Shown here: in pieces, positions 10,433-18,154 of the stretch
Layout: the number at the start of each line of letters is the position of its first letter
Numbering within the stretch: the first letter of the stretch is position 1
Assembly (NCBI GenBank): GCA_051003195.1
Contig: JBPCLP010000053.1
Span: 99,371-163,370, forward strand
Direction of reading: 5' to 3'
DNA: 64,000 nt
DNA from: Candidatus Sumerlaeaceae bacterium
Lineage (GTDB): Bacteria > Sumerlaeota > Sumerlaeia > Sumerlaeales > Sumerlaeaceae
Position numbers and translations under genes: made by a program
Notes under the pieces: generated by a model
Seen by the model: the letters and a program-made list of their open reading frames with translations, nothing else
Told to the model about the DNA's origin: nothing
The model's database searches: none

Positions 10433-10801
10433 TCAACCGTCCTTGATTTTCGAATCTGGTTTCCGCATATGGCGATAGGCACGTAAGCAGCGTGGAATCA
10501 ACCAGAACCATTGCAAGTACCCACAAGCCGCAAAAATTGCCCAGTTCATAACTAAAATAATTTCTATTGGGATTATTTCTGGAGCAAGATCTCCGATGGC
10601 AGCACAACAGACAGTACCTAGTAAGCTCAGCGGGAAAGCAGCGACAATCATATACCAAGTTAGTAGCAGGTCTATATCTCGATGACCGTGGCGGTCTATG
10701 TACCACAAGAAAGCAACCAATGGTATGACCATGAATAATGCCCATACAGCCTTGGCGAACGGCATTCCTATCGAAAATCGGCGAGCCCGCACGTTTGACA
10801 T
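10433..10801 (-). CDS. Small 3-TM membrane protein, putative polymorphic-toxin immunity protein
   Basis: ATG at 10801 overlaps upstream TAA (TAATG); hydrophobic segments; GYLQWFWLIP motif; AT-richer DNA than flanks. Confidence 0.6.
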   Translation of the reverse strand: MSNVRARRFSIGMPFAKAVWALFMVIPLVAFLWYIDRHGHRDIDLLLTWYMIVAAFPLSLLGTVCCAAIGDLAPEIIPIEIILVMNWAIFAACGYLQWFWLIPRCLRAYRHMRKPDSKIKDG

Positions 10802-10944
10802 TACTTGCCCTTGCATTCTTTTAAACAGTCCCTGTAGACATCGTCTGCCCATTCTTGACAATTAGTGCGGGGCCCACAAAGCCCAGAATTAGGTCTCTTT
10901 CCCTTTCGTTTCTCATCAAGCAGGCATCGATAGATCTGTGAGAT
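10801..10944 (-). pseudogene. Orphan C-terminal fragment of a probable Rhs/polymorphic toxin tip
   Basis: Cys-rich end ...RCLLDEKRKGKRPNSGLCGPRTNCQEWADDVYRDCLKECKGK*, translationally coupled to downstream TM gene; upstream replaced by RAYT flank. Confidence 0.45.
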
Positions 10945-11021
10945 GTGGGGACTGAGATGGGGGGACGGCTTCCGATGTTGATTCCGGTTGAGCTTTGCGG
11001 TGGCGGTTTTGTGGTAGTTGC

Positions 11022-11175
11022 ATGGCTCGGCTTGCAAGGGTAGCGGTCCCGGGATATTGTTACCACGTTACGCATAAGGGAAACCGTCGCGCGCGCATTT
11101 TCTTCGAAGCCGAGGACCGTGAGCACTTGTGGGCGGCTGTGCGATACGTGGAGCTCAACCCGGTTCGCGCGGCGG
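11022..11175 (+). pseudogene. Internally deleted REP-associated tyrosine transposase (RAYT-A, Y1/IS200 superfamily)
   Basis: MARLARVAVPGYCYHVTHKGNRRARIFFEAEDR joined directly to EHLWAAVRYVELNPVRA; the HUH-containing middle is missing. Confidence 0.8.
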
Positions 11176-11271
11176 CCTGTGGTTGTGTTTATACGAAGCT
11201 GTTCCGCCTGCTGTGGGCTGATTCCTGTTGCGAGAAATTCTGGCACTCCTGGGAAACTATTGCCGCACGCT

Positions 11272-11330
11272 CCGCCGGCGCGAAGCGCTTTGGAGTGCGA
11301 AAGCTTGCTTTCGCTTTCCCTGAAGCTACC
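11272..11330 (+). repeat. REP end, left (59 bp; GGAG + GCGAAAGC-TT-GCTTTCGC palindrome)
   Basis: Inverted match, 58/59 nt, to 12013-12071; flanks RAYT-B. Confidence 0.88.
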
Positions 11331-11345
11331 CGAAAATGCCCGCTT

Positions 11346-12002
11346 TCAGAAGTCATCCGGCACGTTAAGCTTATCAATCTTGAACGACAACACCGACCGG
11401 CTAAAAGCCTGTGATGCCTCCTGGATAAACCAGCTCATGGAGCACCAGGGATAATCTTCTGCACGGCTTACCACACCGTGGCGTTCCGGGTTGCGGTGCA
11501 CCTGGTGTGCCGAATCAGAAGTTCCTATCCAGTTTGAGCGTGGAAGATGAGCTCAATTCGGCACACAGAACCGAATACGAATTAATGGTAGACCACACAA
11601 GTGCAACCGAGCCAAATAACTTTGCTGGTAGGTTAGGCACGTATCGCGAAAGTTCCACCACACCTGGCGCCCCGGTGTTGCGTCGAGGTTGTTCAAGGTT
11701 ATGGCCGTTTTGCTGTGGAGTGACTGCAGCATCTCGGTGAGGTTCTCGCGGCCATTGCGGGACTGTAACACAACGTGGTAGTGGTTGATGAGAACGGCCC
11801 AGGCTTCCAGCCGCCAACCGAATTCCTCGGCGTGGTCGAACAGCGCGTTGCGCACGATCGTGAGGTGGCCTGGGGTATGGAGCGTGTGGTGTTTGAGGTA
11901 CGTTCCGCACGTAACCAGATAGCTGGTATTCGGCACGAAGCGATGGGGCGGTGCGTGTGGCCAGTTTCGGTGGATGAGGTCGGGTGGTGTTTTTTCCTGC
12001 AT
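11346..12002 (-). pseudogene. REP-associated tyrosine transposase (RAYT-B), interrupted by a MITE at 11502-11601
   Basis: N-part MQEK...WPHAPPHRF...YLVTCGT...AWAVLINHYH (HUH)...QVWWNFRDTC...SYLARLH; C-part VHRNPERHGVVSRAEDYPWCS...NVPDDF* resumes in the same frame at 11501; about 186 aa when rejoined. Confidence 0.9.
11502..11601 (-). mobile_element. MITE copy 3, inserted in RAYT-B
   Basis: Minus strand CTTG|TGTGGTCTACC...GTGTGCCGAA...TTCGGCACA|CCAG; internal segment almost identical to copy 6. Confidence 0.9.
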
Positions 12003-12012
12003 GGGGCTTTTT

Positions 12013-12089
12013 GGTAGCTTCAGGAAAAGCGAAAGCAAGCTTTCGCACTCCAAAGCGCTTCGCGCCGGCGGGTTGCACGGGCTAGGGCC
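12013..12089 (-). repeat. REP end, right of RAYT-B
   Basis: Inverted repeat of 11272-11330; direct repeat of 14699-14799. Confidence 0.88.
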
Positions 12090-12378
12090 GTTGCTCGACG
12101 TCATATGCTGATGAGGAGTTTGTTCGTCGAGCGTCGCAGAGAGGACGGTCGCCTACGTCCCGTAACGAATCTTGTGGTGAAACATCGATGATGATAGCAA
12201 ATTAATTAGTGCAAACATCAACCGTACACGAAGTTTCGTCCTCGAATTTTCGAACGAGAATCCGTAGAACCCGGCAGAATTAATGCGTACCTGTCCCCGA
12301 GTTTCGCCCGAGTTTCTGGAAGAATAGCGCACGAGACGCACTGCCGCGCGTTCGTGCCTGTTGGCCTGCGTATCAGGC

Positions 12379-13830
12379 TTATCTGGGCGCGTTGCGCGGA
12401 TCGTCGGCTGGATTTACGTAGTTGATCGTCCACGGGCCCGTTCCGTGGAACTGCAGAATTGTCTCTCCCGTGGCGGACACAAAGTGCTTCATGCCCGCTG
12501 GCCAGTAGCCGTACGTGCCGGTCGGCATCACCTGCATCGCCTGCGGATCAAATTTCTCGCCCATGCCGATGCTAAACGTGCCGGCAATGACACTGATGCG
12601 CTCGACCTTCGGGTGCGTGTGCGGAGGAATGCGGTATCCATCTGGTACTTTGAGCCGGAAAACAAATGTGCCCTCTTTTGCGGGATCGCCTTCCAGCACG
12701 GCGATCTGCGCCCCTTTCGGCAGAGAAGGAGGGCCCTGCTTCCAGGTGATGGCCGCGAGGGGAAAGAGGTTCGGCTTCATTGCTTCGCCCGCGGAGGTGG
12801 TGGATGTCACGTCAGCAGCGGTGTACGACATGCTTGCGCCGGCTGCTGTAGCCACACCTGCTGAGGGGGCAGCGGCCTTCTGGGCGTCGAGCGCCGATCT
12901 CACCCCGCGTGCGAGTTGCTCAGCAGGTCCGCGGCCCCAGTAGTGCAGGAAAATCGCCCTGGGTGTTTCGCCTTCCATGTGGTTGTGAATCGCGACGACC
13001 TGGATGTCTGTTTTGCGCAGCGCGCGCAGCACCGGCTGTAGTTCACCTTCGAAGGCAACGAAGTCCCCGTCCGAGATGGCATTGTCGTCACTGCCCATCA
13101 TCGCCAGCCACGTGTTGACGCCCATCTCTTTCCCAACTTCGCAGCCGCACGGCATCTTTGCCGTGCGTCCGAACACCGCCTTGTACATGCCGTCTTTAAT
13201 CTGCGCCTTCGTGCCGAGAATCGCGTCCAGTGGGGCTGCCGAAATCGAACTGGACGTTGGAAATTCGGTGGTATTCCCAAAGCTGCGGGTCGGGGCGGCA
13301 CCTTTCTCCGCGCGAATTGATTTCACGCGGTCGAAAGCAGCGCGTACCCCACGCGCCAGCTTTTCAATCTCGCCCTCACCGCCGATGTGCATGAAGTAGA
13401 CCTTAGGCTCGTCGAAGAAGAAGTGGTTGTGCAGTGCCGTGACATCCAGGCCTGCGTCGAACAACGTGCTCATTACCGGGTTCACCTCGTCCTGGAACAA
13501 AACGAGATCGCCCATGATCATCGCTGCCTGCTTGCTGCCGCCCTTGAATGCCACCCAGCTCGTAAGACCCATGAACGGGGGGAACAGCTGCCCGTCGATG
13601 ACGACTTTTACGTCGGTGCGCGGGGCGCTGAGCTTGAACGCACCTTCCGCTTCGCTGCGAGTTCCCTTGAGCCCGGTGATCGACTCGACCAGCGATTCAT
13701 ATTCCCTCAATGACTGTGCTGTCGTCGTGTTTGCCTCACCATCTGCCGCGGCAGTCGCAGCCAACCCACACACCAGGAGCACCGCAGCGACAAACCTGCA
13801 GGCCCGAACAATTGAAAGAGGCGTGGTCAT
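12379..13830 (-). CDS. Secreted tandem DUF1259 (LppY/LpqO-like) protein fused to a C-terminal cupin (DUF4437-like)
   Basis: Signal peptide; two repeats with GDLVL...TALHNH...YFMH and GDFVA...VAIHNH...IFLHYWG; cupin IPPHTHP...ER...PAGMKH; AGAAGGA RBS. Confidence 0.85.
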   Translation of the reverse strand: MTTPLSIVRACRFVAAVLLVCGLAATAAADGEANTTTAQSLREYESLVESITGLKGTRSEAEGAFKLSAPRTDVKVVIDGQLFPPFMGLTSWVAFKGGSKQAAMIMGDLVLFQDEVNPVMSTLFDAGLDVTALHNHFFFDEPKVYFMHIGGEGEIEKLARGVRAAFDRVKSIRAEKGAAPTRSFGNTTEFPTSSSISAAPLDAILGTKAQIKDGMYKAVFGRTAKMPCGCEVGKEMGVNTWLAMMGSDDNAISDGDFVAFEGELQPVLRALRKTDIQVVAIHNHMEGETPRAIFLHYWGRGPAEQLARGVRSALDAQKAAAPSAGVATAAGASMSYTAADVTSTTSAGEAMKPNLFPLAAITWKQGPPSLPKGAQIAVLEGDPAKEGTFVFRLKVPDGYRIPPHTHPKVERISVIAGTFSIGMGEKFDPQAMQVMPTGTYGYWPAGMKHFVSATGETILQFHGTGPWTINYVNPADDPRNAPR

Positions 13831-14238
13831 TTTCCTTCTACCTTTCTGCTTGGTTGACCAGGAGTCACAACCCCTCGGAATGCGCGGGCAAGGAATAGCG
13901 ACAAAGCGATGCCAGCGTGGGCGGCCGCAGGGTGGGCTGGCATTGCAGCGCAGGTACGCCCAAAATCTTTTTCGACTTTATTGGACTTAGCCCACGCTAA
14001 GATGACGCCAGGGAAGTGACACGTCCCCCCAAACTGGTGTATACCTGCCAGCGTAGTAAGCTGAACGTGTTCATTGATAATTCTATGCGGCCCGAACGCC
14101 GTGACCCACGGCAAAGGGACTTCTGCGCCCAATCCGCGTGGCATTTTCCGTCTTTGCGTTCGCGGGAAAAACCGCCCATCGCGCAAGGAACCCGGAAATC
14201 CACGGCCCCCGCGAATTCTTACGCGAGGATTACAACTA

Positions 14239-14347
14239 TTCAAGTGGCGAAATTACCAACTTGAAAACTTGAATAGTTATCTGCAAGCATTTCAAGCTTC
14301 CATACGCAAACTTGAATACCAACTTGAAAAACTTGAAAACTTGAAAG
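14239..14347. repeat. AT-rich cluster of (AA)CTTGAA motifs, six direct and two inverted
   Basis: CTTGAA at about 14260, 14268, 14311, 14323, 14332, 14340; TTCAAG at about 14239, 14291. Confidence 0.7.
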
Positions 14348-14505
14348 CCTCCAACCGCAGTCGCCCCTGCTACCCAGTCCCCACGCCGCCGATCTTTGGA
14401 GCACGCACGGCCACATGATCGGAACATTACGGAAATCAAAGGGCGAAATTACCCCATCGGCCTGTTTGATTTAAAGCGTGAAATGCCAATGAGCGACGCC
14501 AATTC

Positions 14506-14535
14506 TTTGATTAGTTTTGATTAGTTTTGATTAAG
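14506..14535. repeat. 10-bp tandem repeat TTTGATTAGT x3 (third copy imperfect)
   Basis: tttgattagt tttgattagt tttgattaag. Confidence 0.8.
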
Positions 14536-14627
14536 AAGGCTCGCCCACCGTTTTAAAACCGCGTAAGTTCTGGAGACGGGCGAAATACATTGATTGGTTT
14601 GTTCGACTGGGGCGCCGCCATCTGCGC

Positions 14628-14799
14628 GCTTCGCGCCGGCGGGTTGCACAGGGTAAGAGGGTTTTGGCAATAGTAGTGTTTTCCTGAATCAGGTTATCGG
14701 TTACTTCAGGAAAAGCGAAAGCAAGCTTTCGCACTCCAAAGCGCTTCGCGCCGGCGGGTTGCACATGCTTCGCGCCGGCGGGTTGCACGGGCCAGGGCC
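14628..14799 (-). repeat. Third REP copy of the RAYT-B family, with three copies of the GCTTCGCGCCGGCGGGTTGCAC sub-repeat
   Basis: 14699-14799 matches 12013-12089; sub-repeat at 14628, 14743 and 14767. Confidence 0.85.
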
Positions 14800-14907
14800 T
14801 GTCGTCAATTAAGGAGAATAGTGAACCAAGGGGACGAAACCGCCTTGCAGGTTCGCGCGCACGAAGGTCCCGCTCGGCACGCCAGCTTCCATCGCCATAA
14901 AGCCTTG

Positions 14908-15006
14908 GTAACGTGGTTTACCATAGTTCGTTGGCAGGTTCTGTGTGCCGAACGAGCGCAGAATCATATCGATACAAGGATACGAACGTTTGGTTCGGCA
15001 CACTAG
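14908..15006 (+). mobile_element. MITE copy 4
   Basis: GTAA|CGTGGTTTACC...GTGTGCCGAACGAGCGCAGAATC...TTCGGCACA|CTAG. Confidence 0.88.
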
Positions 15007-15062
15007 CGCTGGTTCTCAGAATCGATCCCGTCTTTCCGCGTATTACGAGTTGGGAGCATTTG

Positions 15063-15443
15063 ATGAAAGAGATCGTAGCGGCGTCCGTCATCCTGTTTAC
15101 GGCAAGGTCAGTATCCGGCCAAAGCGTAACGGTCAGCTCGCTCGACGTCGAAAATGTTTCGGTGTTTCGTGGGTCGGGTACCGTCCGCGCCTCGGTGAAT
15201 CTGGAAACGCGCTCCTACTCGCCCGGGGGCACCTACTCGCGGGGTCAACTCAGCGCATTGCGCTCGCTGGGATTCTTTCAGATCGGCAACCAGTGGGCTT
15301 ACCAGGCCGGCAACATGAAGTATGCGCTGGTAGTCGCGCAGCTGCCCCGGCTGGATTACTCCCGCGGGCAGTGGAAGCTGGTCGCACCGGGCAAGGTCAC
15401 CAGGCGGGTGGCCACGGTGCGCAACACCGGTGTTAAGCGGTGA
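15063..15443 (+). CDS. Hypothetical protein, possibly secreted
   Basis: GGGAG RBS before ATG 15063; MKEIVAASVILFTA signal-like N-terminus; genome-like codon usage. Confidence 0.55.
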   Translation: MKEIVAASVILFTARSVSGQSVTVSSLDVENVSVFRGSGTVRASVNLETRSYSPGGTYSRGQLSALRSLGFFQIGNQWAYQAGNMKYALVVAQLPRLDYSRGQWKLVAPGKVTRRVATVRNTGVKR

Positions 15444-15553
15444 TAGATATCCAGCCCCGCCCGGCGTCATCCGCCTTGACACCCGGTTCCTCTTTGCGAC
15501 AATCATAGCGCCTTATATCTATCCCCCACTCCTGCAACTCCAAGGAACCTACT

Positions 15554-16687
15554 ATGTTCTCCCGAAACTACCCTTTCAGCTCGTTGCGCACCCTGGCTGT
15601 TGGCATCGCGGCAGGACTCCTCACGGCACTTGCCGCGACCGGTATGTCCCAGGCGTCGCCCAAAGGCGACCTGCTCCTCGACGACAGCTTCGATGGTCCC
15701 GGCCTTGGAACAAGCTGGACAGTCACTGGCGCTGCGCCGGTGGTCTCCGGGGGCGCGGTGACCCTCAGCAATGGAACCGACATGCAGTGGTCCCCAGGAT
15801 TCCTGGAATGCCCCATCATCGTCGAGCTTGAGAACGTTACCTTTTCGAACATCACCGGCAACGGCTCTTCGGCCGGAATTTCCTTTCGGACCCTCGGCAA
15901 TGGCTCCGTATCCGTATCCGGCGGCAGCCAATCCCTGTCATGGTATTTGAGTAACACGACCTATGTTTTTGATTACGGCTATGCCCAGGGCGGATCCGCC
16001 GGACTTAGTCCCATCACCTCGGGCCCTACCTACGATCAAACCCCGCACACGTATACGTTCGCGATGGAAACCACCCGGTCCCTTGTTTACGCGGACAATT
16101 GGACTCCCGGTTATTCCGAGTACCAGTTGTTCCCCACTCCCAATTCCGGCAAGTCGACCGTAGGCTTCAATACCAACGGCACTGCATCGGTATCGTGCAG
16201 CCGCGTACGCGCGTGGCGCGCGGTGCCGTCTCCTATCCGCGCGGTTCGCTTCATCGAAAGACGAACCACTGCCACCCTCGACATGAGCGCGATCGGGCTG
16301 TCGCTGCAAAGCTCCAACCTGAACTTCACCACCTACGGCACGCTGACTGCCGACAAGGTCACATCCACACCGCCCACGCTGCCACGCCCGGCGCTCAACA
16401 ACACGATCTGGAACATCAGCATGTCGCCGACGAACCTCAGCTCGGTTACGACCATCACCCACACGTTTAACGTGAACGACCTGGTGGGCGCCGGTATCGA
16501 TCCCAATTCGCTCACCGGTTACAAATCCACCAATAACGGCGCCACCTGGGTTGCGGTACCGAATTGCACGATTACGCTCAACGGCGCCAACAGCCTCTTT
16601 ACCTTCGGTGGACAAACCTCGTTCTCCACCTTCGCTATTGGCTATAGCGTGTTCACACATGTAAGGGACTGGGAGCTGTTCGAATAG
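15554..16687 (+). CDS. Secreted Ser/Thr-rich beta-strand protein with C-terminal VRDWELFE tail
   Basis: AAGGA RBS; signal peptide; DDSFDGPGL...W lectin-like start; terminal beta domain ending GQTSFSTFAIG, then HVRDWELFE*. Confidence 0.8.
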   Translation: MFSRNYPFSSLRTLAVGIAAGLLTALAATGMSQASPKGDLLLDDSFDGPGLGTSWTVTGAAPVVSGGAVTLSNGTDMQWSPGFLECPIIVELENVTFSNITGNGSSAGISFRTLGNGSVSVSGGSQSLSWYLSNTTYVFDYGYAQGGSAGLSPITSGPTYDQTPHTYTFAMETTRSLVYADNWTPGYSEYQLFPTPNSGKSTVGFNTNGTASVSCSRVRAWRAVPSPIRAVRFIERRTTATLDMSAIGLSLQSSNLNFTTYGTLTADKVTSTPPTLPRPALNNTIWNISMSPTNLSSVTTITHTFNVNDLVGAGIDPNSLTGYKSTNNGATWVAVPNCTITLNGANSLFTFGGQTSFSTFAIGYSVFTHVRDWELFE

Positions 16688-16715
16688 CCAAGGCAGGTAA
16701 CGCGCGGCGCCCGGT

Positions 16716-17981
16716 TTACGAAGTCCCGCCGGGCTGAATCTGCACGATCACGTCGAAGATTGAGCGGGCGACCGCCGATTTATCCTGTCGGGGAATGTGG
16801 ACGCTGTGGCCATCGCGGAAGAAGATGGTCACCTCGTTCTGCTCGCTTTGGAAACCGACGTCGTCGGAACTTATGTCATTGGCGACAATGAGGTCGAGTT
16901 TCTTGCGCTCCATCTTAATGCGCGCGTTGGATTCAAGTTCGTCCGTCTCGGCCGCGAAGCCAATGGTAAGCTGGTCCTGCTTTTTGGTGTAGCCGATGGA
17001 CTGGGCGATGTCGGGATTCTCCACCAGCGGCAGGGTGATGGAGTTTCCGGTGCGCTTGATTTTCTGGGGGACGTATTTGCCGGCCCTGAAGTCGCCAACG
17101 GCCGCCGCAAAAATAAAAATGTCCATTTCAGCCGCGAGTTTTTTAACAGCCGCCAGCATCTGTTCTGCCGTGGTCACATCATGGATAGTCGCGCAGTCGG
17201 GTTTATGCGGCGCATCGACGGGGCCAGTGACGAGGTGTACCTGTGCGCCTCGGCGGTGCGCCTCGCGCGCCAGCGCGGCTCCCATACGGCCACTGGATGG
17301 ATTGCTGATGAAGCGGACCGGGTCGATATACTCACGGGTCGGACCTGAGGTGATGAGGACGGCCTTTCCTTCGAGCGAATTGTCACGTGGGCCGACGGGC
17401 TGTTGCACGGCAGCCTCTGACCGCCGCGGCTCAAGTTTCACGTTGAACTCGCGCAGGAACGAAATGATCTGCTCGGCCTCCGCAAGGCGACCCGGGCCTT
17501 CGTCGCCGCATGCGAGGGGACCGGAATCGGTTGGCAGCACTTCAACGCCGCGCTGCCGGAGGATGGCGAGATTCTGCTGGGTTGCGGGATGCTGTAGCAT
17601 GGCGCTGTTCATCGCGGGCGCCAGGACGACCGGGCCGGTGAATGCCAGGTACGTCGTGGTAATCGGGTCATCGGCAATTCCAGCCGCCATCCGGGCGATG
17701 AGATCGGCGCTGGCGGGAGCAATGAGAAGAAGGTCGGCCCATTTGGACCAGCTAATGTGCTCCATCTCAAAGGAGTGGGGCTGGTTGAGCACCCTGGAAT
17801 AAACGGAGTGCTGCGTGAGGGCTTCGAAAGTGACTGGGCCGACAAAGTGGTGGGCATGGCGGGACATAGCGACGCGCACTTCGCAGCCGGCATGCACAAG
17901 CATCGAGCACAGGTCGGCTGCCTTGTATGCCGCTATGCCGGCCGAGACGCCGAGTATGATCCTGGTGCCTTTGAGTTCCAC
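16716..17981 (-). CDS. coaBC: Bifunctional phosphopantothenoylcysteine decarboxylase/synthase (GTG start inferred)
   Basis: GVSAGIAAYKA, APAMNSAM, LACGDEGPGRL, ITSGPTREYIDPVRFISNPSSGRMG, GFAAET. Confidence 0.96.
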   Translation of the reverse strand: MELKGTRIILGVSAGIAAYKAADLCSMLVHAGCEVRVAMSRHAHHFVGPVTFEALTQHSVYSRVLNQPHSFEMEHISWSKWADLLLIAPASADLIARMAAGIADDPITTTYLAFTGPVVLAPAMNSAMLQHPATQQNLAILRQRGVEVLPTDSGPLACGDEGPGRLAEAEQIISFLREFNVKLEPRRSEAAVQQPVGPRDNSLEGKAVLITSGPTREYIDPVRFISNPSSGRMGAALAREAHRRGAQVHLVTGPVDAPHKPDCATIHDVTTAEQMLAAVKKLAAEMDIFIFAAAVGDFRAGKYVPQKIKRTGNSITLPLVENPDIAQSIGYTKKQDQLTIGFAAETDELESNARIKMERKKLDLIVANDISSDDVGFQSEQNEVTIFFRDGHSVHIPRQDKSAVARSIFDVIVQIQPGGTS

Positions 17982-18154
17982 GCATGCCTCCAGCTCTTGA
18001 GAATGCCCGGTATGAAGCAAAAGAGCGGCTGGCGTGAGCGGCAAGGGGAAACTGTTGCACAGCCGCTTTGGCTGCGCCTGAAAGTGGACGAGGTAAGTAC
18101 AAAACCGGTAGTAGCAGTGGCCGGTGATCCGTTGTAACGGTGGAGGTTGCTCAG

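Noticed and set aside
11515..12104. ORF-track proteins starting MQPAGAKRFGVRKLAFAF / PPARSALECESLLSL (also 14531-14788 and 11119-11454)
   Set aside because: These are translations of the REP repeat, not genes.
12107..12190. CTGATGAG ... GAAAC resembling a hammerhead ribozyme core
   Set aside because: No stem II closes between CTGATGA and GAAA, the spacing is about 65 nt, and I could not build stems I and III.
13850..13945. Possible fluoride riboswitch upstream of the DUF1259 gene (minus-strand TGACTCCTG, plus an ATGCCAGC/GCTGGCAT hairpin)
   Set aside because: Only a 3'-like fragment is present; the 5' GATGGAGT-type pseudoknot partner is missing. An Infernal search with the Rfam crcB model would decide.
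14074..14418. ORF with LENL/LEKLENL coiled-coil-like repeats
   Set aside because: The pattern comes from the CTTGAA DNA repeats; no clear RBS and atypical composition, so it is treated as non-coding pending a homology search.
14913..15062. N-terminal extensions and small ORFs MPNERR..., MCRTSAES..., MPNQKFLSS... (also 11507, 18892, 18894, 42725, 61696)
   Set aside because: They start inside MITE copies and are repeat-derived.
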